From contig CATNEN010000001.1 in NCBI GenBank assembly GCA_950097015.1, positions 21,638,001-21,702,000 on the forward strand: a stretch of DNA of 64,000 nucleotides, read 5' to 3'. The stretch comes from Macrostomum hystrix. Its lineage: Eukaryota > Animalia > Platyhelminthes. Of the stretch, positions 25,930 to 39,489 are shown piece by piece. The position numbers and the translations under genes were made by a program. Within the stretch, counting starts at the first letter, position 1. Each line of letters opens with the position of its first letter. Under the pieces are notes generated by a model. It had not been told where the DNA came from. It worked only from the letters and a program-made list of their open reading frames with translations, and made no database searches.

Positions 25930-26966
25930 TAAGTAGACAGGTTGAGAAGTGGACAGGTTAAGAAGTAGACAGGTTGAGAAGTAGACACTCTGAGAAGTAG
26001 ACAGGATGAGAAGTAGACAGGATGGGAAGTAAACACGCTGAGAAGTAGACAGGTTGAGAAGTAGACACTCTGAGAAGTAGACAGGATGAGAAGTAGACAG
26101 GATGGGAAGTAAACACGCTGAGAAGTGGACAGGTTGAGAAGTTGACTGGTTTAGAAGTGGACAGGTTGAGAAGTGGACAGGTTGAGAAGTGGACAGGTTG
26201 AGAAGTTGACTGGTTGAGAAGTAGACCATATGAGAAGTAGACAGGTTGAGAAGTAGACAGGTTGAGAAGTAGACAGGATGAGAAGTGGACAGGTTGAGAA
26301 GTTGACTGGTTGAGAAGTAGACAATATGAGAAGTAGACAGGATGAGAAGTAAACACGCTGAGAAGTAGACAGGTTGAGAAGTAGACAGGATGAGAAGTGG
26401 ACAGGTTGAGAAGTGGACAGGTTGAGAAGTGGACAGGTTGAGAAGTGGACTGGTTGAGAATTAGACAGGTTGAGAAATAGACAGGATGAGAAGTGGACAG
26501 GTTGAGAAGTGGACAGGTTGAGAAGTTGACTGGTTGAGAAGTGGACAGGTTGAGAAGTGGACAGGTTGAGAAGTGGACAGGTTGAGAAGTGGACAGGTTG
26601 AGAAGTGGACAGGTTGAGAAGTTGACTGGTTGAGAAGTAGACAATATGAGAAGTAGACAGGATGAGAAGTAAACACGCTGAGAAGTAGACAGGTTGAGAA
26701 GTAGACAGGATGAGAAGTGGACAGGTTGAGAAGTGGACAGGTTAAGAAGTGGACAGGTTGAGAAGTGGACAGGTTGAGAATTAGACAGGTTGAGAAATAG
26801 ACAGGATGAGAAGTGGACAGGTTGAGAAGTGGACAGGTTGAGAAGTTGACTGGTTGAGAAGTAGACAGGTTGAGAAATAGACAGGATGAGAAGTGGACAG
26901 GTTGAGAAGTGGACAGGTTGAGAAGTGGACAGGTTGAGAAGTAGACAGGTTGAGAAGTAGACAGGC
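25930..26966. repeat. 16-bp minisatellite (gagaagtggacaggtt)n
   Basis: Direct reading; recurring variant units (aaacacgct, gacaatat). Confidence 0.95.
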
Positions 26967-28086
26967 CAAGGTTGAGGTTGAATTGATACTCAGTTTATTG
27001 TTCAAAGGTTTTCAACAAGAGCTGGGTAAACACGGGCCTGAGCAGTGCAAGTAATATCAATGCCAATATTTTTAGAATGCGTTTACCAGGTGCTCCGGAA
27101 ACTCATTTATTATTATTATCTAGATCGCGAGTCTCGGCACTCAAAGCAGAGAAGCGTGAGAACAGGACTGACACCCCACCCCCAATAGAGGCTCTCACAC
27201 ATGCTGAATAGCTCCAAACTTGCCTACTGTCTGTCTAAGCAGCTCAGAAGTCAACACCAGGTACTCACCAGTTGCAGCGAGCTATCTGTCAGTCAAAACT
27301 GCAAAAGCACAGTGGGTGCAAAACACTCTCAGCAAAGCAAACTTATTAGTACCTGGTATAGAGAGTGCTGACATATTTTTTGCTTTATTTTCCTGCAGAA
27401 ACAAATTTAAGACTGTGAGAAAGCTTCTGAAAGTTAAGAGATGAGTGTGAATAGGCAGTAACTTGGAGATTTATTGTCAACTAGTAGAATAATCCTTAGA
27501 AGAGTGACTGCCACTCCAATTACTTCTAAAAAATGGCGCTGGTTAACTGTAGTGACAGGGATAGAGAAAAAACACAGCGGCGAGTTGAGCACAGTTTCTG
27601 ATTGAAGCCAATCACATTTTGGAAGTAAACAATTGCAAAGCAATCAGAGTGAGCATTGTTAGCTCACGAGGGCTGTTGAACTCATGAGTCATGCTTACCG
27701 CTATCAAATAGCTGCCTGATTTAGATATTGACAATTAACTCATTGAGTTCAACCGACGGTTAAAATTGAACAAAAGCGCAGAAGAGAACAATCGCATTGT
27801 TTTCTAGATTGTAATTTTACCTAGCCAACTGCCTTCTATGAAACACTTGGGCTGAAAACTGAACAATGATTGTAGCTCATTATCAGGTGATGTCAGGTGA
27901 AAGCGGGGTAAAAAAAATCCTTCTGTGAACAGTTAAAAAAATTGATGATTCATTTAGGTCACGGTAGAAAGATATTCTGACACGACGGTTGAAAATATTT
28001 ATCTTTCAAATGAAAACCTGTTTGAACAACCAAACCATGTGGTAACAGCAAGCTCATTGTGACGACTGAGGTTGTTCTGCAGCTTT

Positions 28087-28446
28087 TGAACTGTCGACTA
28101 GCCGACTAGGGCGTTCCGAGTGTCGACCACTGCAACTTCCGGCCGAACATCGTCATCGACGGGCCTTCAAAGGATCGCGACGAAGAGATCAGGTCCTTGT
28201 TCTTTCCGGCCGGATGACAATGTCCCGGCTGAGTGCGTTGTCGCCACGCTGTGCCCGTGCACCAGGTGTCGCATGACCACCGTGGACTACGCGAGCCCCA
28301 CTGACAAGCGTCGACAGCTTCGCAGCGACGGCGAGCCGATGTTGACGCTGGCCGTACCGGAGTACCGGAAGGACGGAGCATTCAAGAAGTTCAGCCAGGT
28401 TGAACTTCTTGAACGGAGTTCGGCGTTAACGGATTCGTTGAGCAGG
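28087..28446 (+). pseudogene. mARC/MOSC C-terminal pseudogene fragment
   Basis: Homologous to ~29893-30212 (HCNFRPN, PCTRC, TTVDYASP, RKDGAFKKFS); carries an AAG>TAG stop, a frameshift and insertions. Confidence 0.9.
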
Positions 28447-29164
28447 TGTTCAAGGCAATATTCACTGCTCAAACTCAGAACCTGAGGATGCAGTCGAGAT
28501 TTGAGAAGCAAAGTACTTGCAGCATTGGTAAAGACTAGACCCTTTGAATATCAAAAACTTTAGCTCGAACGGTAGTATTTTATTTTCTAGGCAGTTATTC
28601 TTGCACCTTTCTTTCCATTAATCTTATTCAATCGCAACATGATCGGGCTAGAACCACTCGCTTTACAAGCAACTGGCCTCTCATGCAAAGTCATTTATTA
28701 GGTCTAAGCTGTGAATCTAAAACAATTGTAAACAAAACGCACTGGCCTTGATTTCAGATTGGCGTCCCTTCCGCTGTCTCAGATCTGTGTACTTTTGGTC
28801 AGAGGGACCTTCAGCACACGCGCGTATACAAACCACTCAGTAAATTAGAGGTGTGCGTGTTGACAAACATGACAACTGTACACCCAGCCTCATATCGATT
28901 TGTGTCTCACTAAGCTTAGAATATTTACACATTGAATTTTAGTATTATCTCTCTTGCTCTCTCTCTCCCTGAAGCCTGTACGCTCGTACAGATAGCGTTT
29001 TGACGAGCGAAGAGGACGGCAAAAATAAAGATTGATAATTTTTTTCACGCACAGAAGTCAGATTATTTTCCGGGACTGCGATAAGCCTGGAATATAAGCA
29101 CTAGATCTAGTGGACCACAGGTTAAGCTGCAAAACTAGCAAACCTTGAATCTTTCTTAGCCTCG

Positions 29165-30253
29165 ATGTCTCCAGGCTTGGCGAATGAAGCGAGTTCGGCT
29201 GCCACCGCTGCCGCGGGACTCGCCCTGTTCCTCGGAGGCCGCCTGCTGCTCCAGCTACTCGTCGGCTCTCACACAGGCCGCAGCCGTCGCAGGGTCGGCT
29301 CGGTGTCGGCCGTGTTCCTCTACCCGGTCAAGTCCTGCCTGGCTGTCCGAGTTCCGAGGGCTCGCGTCACCGAGTCCGGCCTCGTCAGTTCGTGCGGCGT
29401 GCTAGACAGGAGCTTCGCGGTGATCAGCACAGCCAGCGGCAAGGTCGTCACGCTCAAGCAGTGTCCGCGGCTGTCGCTGGTGCAGCCAGTGCTGGATCCG
29501 ACAAGCGCCACAGGCATCCGACTCAGTGTGGCTGAATCAGCCGACGTTCAACAGCTGAACGTCGCGGACTCCGTGACTGTCAGAATTGATAAGCAGGCCT
29601 CTCGCTCAAGTGTCGTCAAATTTGACATGTTCGGTGAGGAAGCATTTGGACAGGTGTGCGACGAAGCGTCCAACAGGTGGCTGCGTACAGTCTGCGATCG
29701 AACTGACGCCCTGCTGGTCTGCTGTACCCAGCCGATTCGCTCGACCGTACCAGAACTTCGCGAATGCCAGCGCCTAGGAATCGCATCGAAGTCCTTCGAT
29801 GGCTGCGAAATGCCGTCAAGTGGTGACAGTCCGATCGCATACGCAAATACGGCCCCATTGCTGATTGCCACGGAGACTGCACTGACGGCCCTTAACCGTC
29901 GACTAGCCGACAAGGGCCGTCCGAGTGTCGACCACTGCAACTTCCGGCCTAACCTGGTGATTTCAGGACCGCTCGAGGATCGCGACGAGGAGACCTGGTC
30001 CTTCCTGTTCTTCCAGGGCGGGTGCGTTCTCGCCATACTGACCCCTTGCACCCGGTGCGGCATCACCACCGTAGACTACGCGAGCCCCGCTGACGAGCGT
30101 CGACAGCTTCGCAGCGACGGCGAACCGCTGTCGACGCTGGCCGAGTACCGAAAGGACGGAGCATTCAAGAAGTTCAGCCCGGTGTTCGGCGTCAACGGAT
30201 TCGTGGAGCAGCCGGGCGAGGTGTCAGTCGGCAGCGAGGTGCTGGCTTCATGA
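29165..30253 (+). CDS. mARC: Mitochondrial amidoxime-reducing component (MOSC_N + MOSC molybdoenzyme), single coding exon
   Basis: N-terminal membrane anchor; YPVKSC, DRSFAV, FRPNLVI, PCTRCGITT (Moco-binding Cys motif), FGVN..G.VSVG. Confidence 0.92.
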   Translation: MSPGLANEASSAATAAAGLALFLGGRLLLQLLVGSHTGRSRRRVGSVSAVFLYPVKSCLAVRVPRARVTESGLVSSCGVLDRSFAVISTASGKVVTLKQCPRLSLVQPVLDPTSATGIRLSVAESADVQQLNVADSVTVRIDKQASRSSVVKFDMFGEEAFGQVCDEASNRWLRTVCDRTDALLVCCTQPIRSTVPELRECQRLGIASKSFDGCEMPSSGDSPIAYANTAPLLIATETALTALNRRLADKGRPSVDHCNFRPNLVISGPLEDRDEETWSFLFFQGGCVLAILTPCTRCGITTVDYASPADERRQLRSDGEPLSTLAEYRKDGAFKKFSPVFGVNGFVEQPGEVSVGSEVLAS

Positions 30254-31965
30254 GCGACTGTAGTGCTCTATATCGAGTTCTGTACTTCAGAGAAACTTAA
30301 GCTTGGAATCTTGGCTTTTGATCTGTTTCTGGCCTTGGCTTGCTAATTAACTTGCTGTTTAACTGCTTCTCATATTTGTTATAACAATAAACTAACTGTT
30401 AACTAATTTTACAATTATCGTTTTAATAACTTCAAGAAGTACTTTTGTCAATAATTTATGCCGGAATCGAACCGACAACTTTAAGTAAAATTAGTTATCT
30501 TAGCTTCCCGCGAATGTTTTCTAAGATATCTCAGCAGATTCAAATCGTCAATTAAAATTCTGAATAAAACGGCATCACATTGACTCCAATTCTCCTTGAT
30601 TTCCCATGTGGATAGTGCTATTCGCTATTCGTTTTGCAGCAACAAACTCATGAAGATTTCCCTGCGGTTTTGGGAACGGGCAAGGTTTTATTTATTTCAA
30701 TTTTTCTAATTGGAAGGTCTCATCAAGTGAATTATCTTGGTAGATTCTTGAAGCCTGTTTGGTATCATTGAAGGGCCATAGTCGAACCAACGGACGCAAG
30801 ACTGCTGTGCCCTGAAACTGACGCAGCCTCGCAAAGGCGCATGCATGTTGAAGAGGCGAAGTGTATATAAAACTTGTCGATGACTTACGAAGGAATGACA
30901 GACCGTACAGGGAATGGGCCAACCCCCCCCGATTAGTATAAGGTTTCTCTCAGTCGATGTCTGTTTCTGCTGTTGCTTTATCTCTCTCGCTGGCTTCAAG
31001 TCGGCCTTACAAATATTCCGGCTCGCACCAGACGCGCCTGTGTTTGTGTCTCCAGCCTCTCGCTGCTTCCAAGAAAGGCCAAGTCGAGAGACAGAGGACT
31101 AGTCGAAGAGTTTATAAATTTCTAGTCGGAGCTGAAGAGTGAAACCTTTTGAACAAAAAAAACTACGAAAATATGGGGGCAGATAGGGCAAAGAAATGAA
31201 CAGCCAAGCAATTAATCAGCGCTAGAGCCCTATGGAATCTGCGTCCGCCCCATCAGCAGAATCCGTGCACCTCGCCCCCCAGGGAATGCTCCGCGGCTTG
31301 TCAACACACCGTAGAGAATGGAACCTCGCGCACATGTTGGCTTCGCGAATGTCCCTCGGGTGCCTGTCGCTTGCAGAAATATGAAATTCTCCCGGCCAAA
31401 GTCGTTCATGCGAAAGCCTGCTGGAGACAGGTTTATATTTTGAAGCCTCGGAGGCACTTCCAGTTTTTTGTCGGACATTTTCGCCAGTCCGTCCAGGACC
31501 GCCTCGAGGCTATCGGTTGTAACTATGTGCTTTATCTTCCTCAGCACCGGCACCCAAGGGCAGCGGCTGGAGGAACAAGTTGAATTCCTTGCGACTGCCC
31601 GCCAGATGCTGATTTCTCTGCCCTTCTTTCTTCGAGCCAAGTTTTGTTCCCCAGGACTTTGATCGAATTAGCTACTCGTTCCCGATAATTCTCCCCTTCT
31701 TCTTCATCTTACAGAAGGATCGGACGCAAAGGGGTCATTTGGGGATTGAGGACAACTGACAAGTCAGTCCCGACCGATGGATTAAGTGCCATTGTATTCT
31801 AGCGCACGCTCTTGTTCGAATATTGCTTGGCACAGACTGTCTCTCATTAACTTCTTTGAAATTCCTCCGAAAAAATGAAATCGATAAGGAAAGGCTGCCA
31901 GGAATTTATTAACATTCGGAACTGCACGACTCTACAATCTCCATTCAACTAGATTTTCTATATTT

Positions 31966-34405
31966 CTAAGATCCCACCAGTTCTGTTCAAAGATCCCATC
32001 CATTCTATTCAAGATCCCACCCATTCTATTCAAGATCCCACCCATTCTATTCAAGATCCCACCCATTCTATTCAAAATCCCACCCATTCTATTCAAGATC
32101 CCACCCATTCTATTCAAGATCCCACCCATTCTATTCAAGATCCCACCCATTCTATTTAAGATCCCACCCATTCTGTTTAAGATCCCACCCATTCTATTCA
32201 AGATCCCACCCATTCTATTCAAGATCCCACACATTCTATTCAAGATCCCACCCATTCTATTCAAGATCCCACCCATTCTATTCAAGATCCCACCCATTCT
32301 ATTCAAGATCCCACCCATTCTATTCAAGATCCCACCCATTCTATTCAAGATCCCACCCATTCTATTCAAGAACCCCCACACATTCTATTCAAGATCCCAC
32401 CCATTCTATTTAAGATCCCACCCATTCTATTCAAGAACCCCCACACATTCTATTCAAGATCCCACCCATTCTATTCAAGATCCCACCCATTCTATTCAAG
32501 ATCCCACCCATTCTATTCAAGATCCCACCCATTCTATTCAAGAACCCCCACACATTCTATTCAAGATCCCACCCATTCTATTTAAGATCCCACCCATTCT
32601 ATTCAAGATCCCACCCATTCTATTTAAGATCCCACACATTCTATTCAAGATCCCACCCATTCTATTCAAGATCCCACCCATTCTGTTTAAGATCCCACCC
32701 ATTCTATTCAAGATCCCACCCATTCTATTTAAGATCCCACACATTCTATTCAAGATCCCACCCATTCTATTCAAGATCCCACCCATTATATTCAAGATCC
32801 CACCCATTCTATTCAAGATCCCACCCATTCTATTCAAGATCCCACCCATTCTATTCAAGATCCCACCAATTCTATTCAAGATCCCACCCATTCTATTCAA
32901 GATCCCACCCATTCTATTCAAGATCCCATCCATTCTATTCAAGATCCCACCCATTCTATTCAAGATCCCACCCATTCTATTCAAGATCCCACCCATTCTA
33001 TTCAAGATCCCACCCATTCTATTCAAGATCCCACCCATTCTATTCAAGATCCCACCCATTCTATTCAAGAACCCCCACACATTCTATTCAAGATCCCACC
33101 CATTCTATTCAAGATCCCACCCATTCTATTCAAGATCCCACCCATTCTATTCAAGAACCCACCCATTCTATTCAAGATCCCACCCATTCTATTCAAGATC
33201 CCACCCATTCTATTCAAGATCCCACCCATTATATTCAAGATCCCACCCATTCTATTCAAGATCCCACCCATTCTATTCAAGATCCCACACATTCTATTCA
33301 AGATCCCACCCATTCTATTCAAGATCCCACCCATTCTATTCAAGAACCCCCACACATTCTATTCAAGATCCCACCCATTCTATTTAAGATCCCACCCATT
33401 CTATTCAAGATCCCACCCATTCTATTTAAGATCCCACACATTCTATTCAAGATCCCACCCATTCTATTCAAGATCCCACCCATTCTGTTTAAGATCCCAC
33501 CCATTCTATTCAAGATCCCACCCATTCTATTTAAGATCCCACACATTCTATTCAAGATCCCACCCATTCTATTCAAGATCCCACCCATTATATTCAAGAT
33601 CCCACCCATTCTATTCAAGATCCCACCCATTCTATTCAAGATCCCACCCATTCTATTCAAGATCCCACCAATTCTATTCAAGATCCCACCCATTCTATTC
33701 AAGATCCCACCCATTCTATTCAAGATCCCATCCATTCTATTCAAGATCCCACCCATTCTATTCAAGATCCCACCCATTCTATTCAAGATCCCACCCATTC
33801 TATTCAAGATCCCACCCATTCTATTCAAGATCCCACCCATTCTATTCAAGATCCCACCCATTCTATTCAAGAACCCCCACACATTCTATTCAAGATCCCA
33901 CCCATTCTATTCAAGATCCCACCCATTCTATTCAAGATCCCACCCATTCTATTCAAGAACCCACCCATTCTATTCAAGATCCCACCCATTCTATTCAAGA
34001 TCCCACCCATTCTATTCAAGATCCCACCCATTATATTCAAGATCCCACCCATTCTATTCAAGATCCCACCCATTCTATTCAAGATCCCACACATTCTATT
34101 CAAGATCCCACCCATTATATTCAAGATCCCACCCATTCTATTCAAGATCCCACCCATTATATTCAAGATCCCACCCATTATATTCAAGATCCCACCCATT
34201 ATATTCAAGATCCCACCCATTATATTCCAGATCCCACCCATTATATTCAAGATCCCACCCATTATATTCAAGATCCCACCCATTCTATTCAAGATCCCAC
34301 CCATTATATTCAAGATCCCACCCATTATATTCAAGATCCCACCCATTATATTCAAGATCCCACCCATTATATTCAAGATCCCACCCATTATATTCAAGAT
34401 CCAAC
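31966..34405. repeat. 21-bp satellite (attcaagatcccacccattct)n with 802-bp higher-order repeat
   Basis: Identical variant patterns starting at 32538 and 33340. Confidence 0.97.
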
Positions 34406-35989
34406 CCAACCATTCCATTTGAGATCGCATACTACGAGATCCCACACTATATAGAATGGGAAGGATTTTTGTGTCTGAAAAATACTAGAGTGAATTTTAT
34501 CTGTTCACTAGTTTTTTTCTGGAGCATTTTCTGCTGTTTAAAAGCGCCCAGAACTTCATAACAAAAGTGGCCCTTCAACTTCAACTGCAAAGTTGGCAGT
34601 TTCTGACCTTGAATAAACCCAACAAATTGTCGCTCTTCTTGTGACAGCCAGCAAACTTCTCGGCTTGAGTTCAAATCGACAGCCCTGTGCCAATAAGTTT
34701 GGGCTGACAAAACTGTTGGCATGAGTGCATGAAGTTGACAGAATGATCAATCCAATTGTGAATTCAGCAGTTCAGTTTGACTAGTTTGCTTTTCAATCAG
34801 GACAAGACACAGCTAACTGCTTCCAGGCTCTTATTAATCAGATAGCAAAACTGCGCGTACGGTCTGTGGACTGGGACTGCTAATTAAAGTTAAACAAAGA
34901 CGAAATTAAGTGTCTTTGCCGAGAATCGAATCACCGACCTAAGCGCAGGATTGAGCAAGTTGTCTGTACACTCCACGACAATTGCTAGAGGCAGTCAGCC
35001 CAACCAAAAAAACTAGACATCTTTGCCTGCTTGACAACAATGGACTCTGAATGGGTCCCATGCGGCCTGATATTTGACAATCCGAATGAATAGGAGAATG
35101 TTTTGAGCAGTCTCTATTCCTGAGGCATTTATTTCATTTCGCTTCTCATCAAGATAAAAAAGCAGCATGCAGTAAACAGAGATTTCTTGTTTGAAATCTT
35201 TCAAGTTAAAAAAGACAAAATCTGCTGATGTTGCTTACAGTCTAGATAGTTGTAGTATTTTATGTGGCTGTGGATACACATATAATCAGTATGGTTAGGG
35301 TACTATCGCCCCGTATAATGACTATATATTAATGTAGCATGTGGATCTAAGCGAGTAGGACTAGGTTAGGCCACTCAAAATAAGCTCAAGTGGCCAGTTT
35401 CCTTCCGCATCGCTGATGACAGGTTTGGGGAGGGTGCATTGGGTTTGAGTCGGGCAGCTCAGGTAAAAGGATGCTAGCTGGCGAGCACGCAACATTCGAT
35501 TGATGCAGTCAGCTCCGAGATCATCGGCGCGGAAATGCCGCAGCAGCTATGGGCTGCTGACATACTTGTTGTCGATGCTGTGTGAACCGCTCTGCTGCAC
35601 TGCTTCCTTGCAATCCAAGGCTTCGCTGAGTTCTCCACCGAAATTTGGGCACAAAAATTCATTTGGCATCGGGAGCTGAGGACGAATTTTTAATCTTCTC
35701 TGCGATTCCCGCTTGGCAATCTCGCGTGGCATGGAATGTCATCAGGGAAATTTTTCATTTTCAAGGCCCGTCACTCTGGCTTGAATCTCTGCAGACGAAT
35801 CATAGTTCAACAAGTGCTCTGTGAAAGTGATCTGATAGAATGGAATCGAGGTTGAGACGGATTGCCTTCATATTTATGTAGACGAACTAGAGCAGCTTAA
35901 TCTCAGATTTTTTTAAAGCAAAGAAATTTTGCCAACTGCACTATGTCAGCATTTATTAATATTACCCTTCCAACCGCTCTCTATTGGAT

Positions 35990-36480
35990 CTTTATCCGCC
36001 CTCCATTCGCTCAATCCGCCCTCCATCCGCTCTCCATACATTCTCTATCCGCCCACTATCTGCTTTCTATCCGCTCTCCATGCGCCCTCCATCCGCTCTC
36101 TATCCGCTCTCTATCCGCTCTCTATCCGCCTTCCATCCGCTCTCTATCCGCCCTCCATCCGCTCTCTATCCGCCCTCCATCCGCTCTCTATCCGCCCTCT
36201 ATCTGCATTCTATCCGCTCTCTATCCGCCCTCCATCCGCTCTCTATCCGCTCTCTATCCGCTCTCTATCCGCTCTCTATCCGCCTTCCATCCGCTCTCTA
36301 TCCGCCCTCCATCCGCTCTCTATCCACCCTCCATCTGCATTCTATCCGCTCTCCATCCGCCCTCCATCCGCTATCTATCCGCTGTCTATCCGCTCTCTAT
36401 CCGCTCTGTGTATGCCCACCATCCTCTTTCTATCTACCGTCCATCCGCCCTCTATCGGCTTGCTTTCCCCCCGCTCCGCT
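35990..36480. repeat. ~11-bp pyrimidine minisatellite (atccgctctct/atccgccctcc)n
   Basis: Direct reading. Confidence 0.9.
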
Positions 36481-37092
36481 CAAGGCGTTAAAAACTAGCT
36501 GAATGTTTTCTCATCATGCAGGGGGCGCTAGCAGAAAGCGTTGACAACAGACAGTGGGGTCTGACACCTGGCAACCAGAAATGATGGCAACAATTAGAGA
36601 CTGGAGGGTGTGAATAACAAAGCGAATGCTCGTATGACTGATCTAGTCTTGATTGATTCTTTCACCTGCCGTGGTGGAGGAGATCGATGGAGTTTTTTGT
36701 TCAGTTTTTTTCTTTTTTTTCTCGGTGAAACCAAGCGGAAGAAAAAAATCTGCTTCACGCAAGAAGATCGAAATGGGAGGTGTACCATTTGAGGATGATC
36801 GATTGTCTTTTGTATTTTATAGCTAGGCGAAGTCTTTATAGTTCACTGGCTCCCGCGCATGCTTGGAGTCTCATCCTTTGTCGTTCCGAGCAGTTTGAGC
36901 TCGGTTCTCCGGTCAAAGGGGTTGGAACAGATTTTCGATGGAATGACTGGGACAGTGGCCAGGTAATGTCAGATCGTTAAGCATTGCGGAGGTGCGCCGG
37001 GAGGCTCTGATAAACTGACAGACGGTTGGGAGATGGGATAGGAAAAAGGGACTTTCGAAGAAATCTAAGAGGAGGAAAAATAGGAGATAGAT

Positions 37093-37620
37093 GAGGGAGA
37101 GGCGGGAGAGGGAGAAGAGGGAGAGGGAGAAGAGGGAGAGGGAGAAGAGGGAGAGGGAGAGGAGGGAGAGGGAGAAGAGGGAGAGGGAGAGGAGGGAGAG
37201 GGAGAGGGAGAAGAGGGAGAGGGAGAAGAGGGAGAGGGAGAGGAGGGAGAGGGAGAAGAGGGAGAGGGAGAAGAGGGAGAGGGAGAAGAGGGAGAGGGAG
37301 AAGAGGGAGAGGGAGAGGAGGGAGAGGGAGAGAAGGGAGAGGGAGAGGAGGGAGAGGGAGAAGAGGGAGAGGGAGAAGAGGGAGAGGGAGAAGAGGGAGA
37401 GGGAGAAGAGGGAGAGGGAGAGGAGGGAGAGGGAGAGAAGGGAGAGGGAGAGGAGGGAGAGGGAGAAGAGGGAGAGGGAGAGGAGGGAGAGGGAGAGGAG
37501 GGAGAGGGAGAGGGAGAAGAGGGAGAGGGAGAGGAGGGAGAGGGAGAGGAGGGAGAGGGAGAGGGAGAAGAGGGAGAGGGAGAGGAGGGAGAGGGAGAGG
37601 AGGAAGAGGAGGGAGAGGAT
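37093..37620 (+). repeat. Pure polypurine tract (gggaga/gaagag repeats)
   Basis: Essentially only G and A for ~520 bp. Confidence 0.95.
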
Positions 37621-38217
37621 GTAGTGTAGAGAAAGGAGAGAAGAGAAGATAGTTCTAATGTTAAAAAGTTAGTCTCGAGACCAGAATAAAATCAGAGCTG
37701 AGTAGAAAAGCAATTTATAAACAAGGTACAAAAAGTATTCACATTAAAAACAAACAATAAGTAGTAAATAATAAGTAATAATTGACACATTGCTCCAAAC
37801 CATAAACTAAATAACAATACGCACTATCTAACACTGCATAATATTCGCATCTAAACAATTAACATTAAAAGAATCTATCTGGAAATCTTCTGTGTTATAT
37901 AAAATAGTAAATACCTGAATCAGATTATTCTTAATGGTTACTGAGCCGCTATGACTCATCGTTTTTCTATATTTTTCTGTATCCATCGCCAATTGAGAGA
38001 GAGGCCTTGCATAGGTGCGGTTCTCGGAACGGAGCTTGCAGTGAAATCAAAGTGAATTTTGAAATTCCTGAATCGGAAATGAGCCTGCGGCAAAACGTGA
38101 TGGAGGGAAGGAGTGAATTAAATGGGAGGATGGGAATGGAGAAATTGTTAGGGATTCAATGGAAGGGGATAAATGCGTCGGAAAACTGGAAGAGGATAAT
38201 TTATCTTGGATAATTTG

Positions 38218-38705
38218 AAGGGGAAATGGAAGGGAGATAGAAGTGGAGAAGGGGGAGAGAAGGGGAGAAGGGGGAGAGAAGGGGAGAAGGGGGAGAGAAG
38301 GGGAGAAGGGGGAGAGAAGTGGAGAAGGGGGAGAGAAGGGGTGAAGGGGGAGAGAAGTGGAGAAGGGGGAGAGAAGGGGAGAAGGGGGAGAGAAGGGGAG
38401 AAGGGGGAGAGAAGTGGAGAAGGGGGAGAGAAGGGGTGAAGGGGGAGAGAAGTGGAGAAGGGGGAGAGAAGGGGAGAAGGGGGAGAGAAGGGGAGAAGGG
38501 GGAGTGAAGGGGAGAAGGGGGAGAGAAGTGGAGAAGGGGGAGAGAAGGGGTGAAGGGGGAGAGAAGTGGAGAAGGGGGAGAGAAGGGGAGAAGGGGGAGA
38601 GAAGGGGAGAAGGGGGAGAGAAGTGGAGAAGGGGGCGAGAAGGGGTGAAGGGGGAGAGAACCAGAGAAGGGAGAGAAGTGTAGAAGAGGGAGAAGGGGAG
38701 TAGTG
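38218..38705 (+). repeat. Polypurine 20-bp repeat (ggagaagggggagagaag(g/t)g)
   Basis: Direct reading. Confidence 0.92.
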
Positions 38706-39489
38706 GGAGATTTAAGTAGAATAAGGGGAGGGGATGAGTTAGACACAATGTTTCTATTTTAAGAGAAGTCCCACGCGTGATCGAGTTTGCAGATGTAAAA
38801 TAAAAAATGTGAAGCAAAGGTAGAACTATGCGGGCTCAAAAATCTGTCTAATTTCTAGCGCTCGTGGCCCAGACGCCCTCCAGCGATATGTCGACGGGAC
38901 CCCCATTGTGCTTTTTTCTTCACGCGGGCTGACATTCTTTGTCGCGTCTGGTTTTTTTGGTTGGATTGTAATGGATTTTTGGTTTGGCATTTTTTCACAG
39001 CTGAGTTCACACGTTCCACTGCCAGGTTGTGTGATCTCAATTCAAAATTAGCCGTGCTGTGAGTCACGTGCTTGAAGCCTGCTATGGTCAAGGCTGGCAG
39101 ATGCATGCGGGTTTCTGTTAAACAAATATCCCCAATTTATCATTTCCCATTGGACGCCACTTTGGCAGATTTAACATTAAGGAGGTCTTTGTCTGGAAAT
39201 GAAAAATCAATACAGGGTGGAAATTAGACAAGTTAATCAATTTAACAAGTTCAATAAAAGACGGACGAAAATAGGTGAAAAAGCAAGAATTTGATTGAGC
39301 ACGAAGGAAGCGGAACTTCATTGAATGGGAGACTTTTGATAGATCGGGTGGGAAGGAAAACAATGCTGGAGCTTATTTCTTTTGCTGCAGCAATAAAAGA
39401 ATGAAATAGTAAGCAAAGAAGGGGAGAAGGGAAAAGGCTGAGTGGGAGAATGGGAGATAAGGAAATGGGGAGAAGGAATGAAGCGGAAA

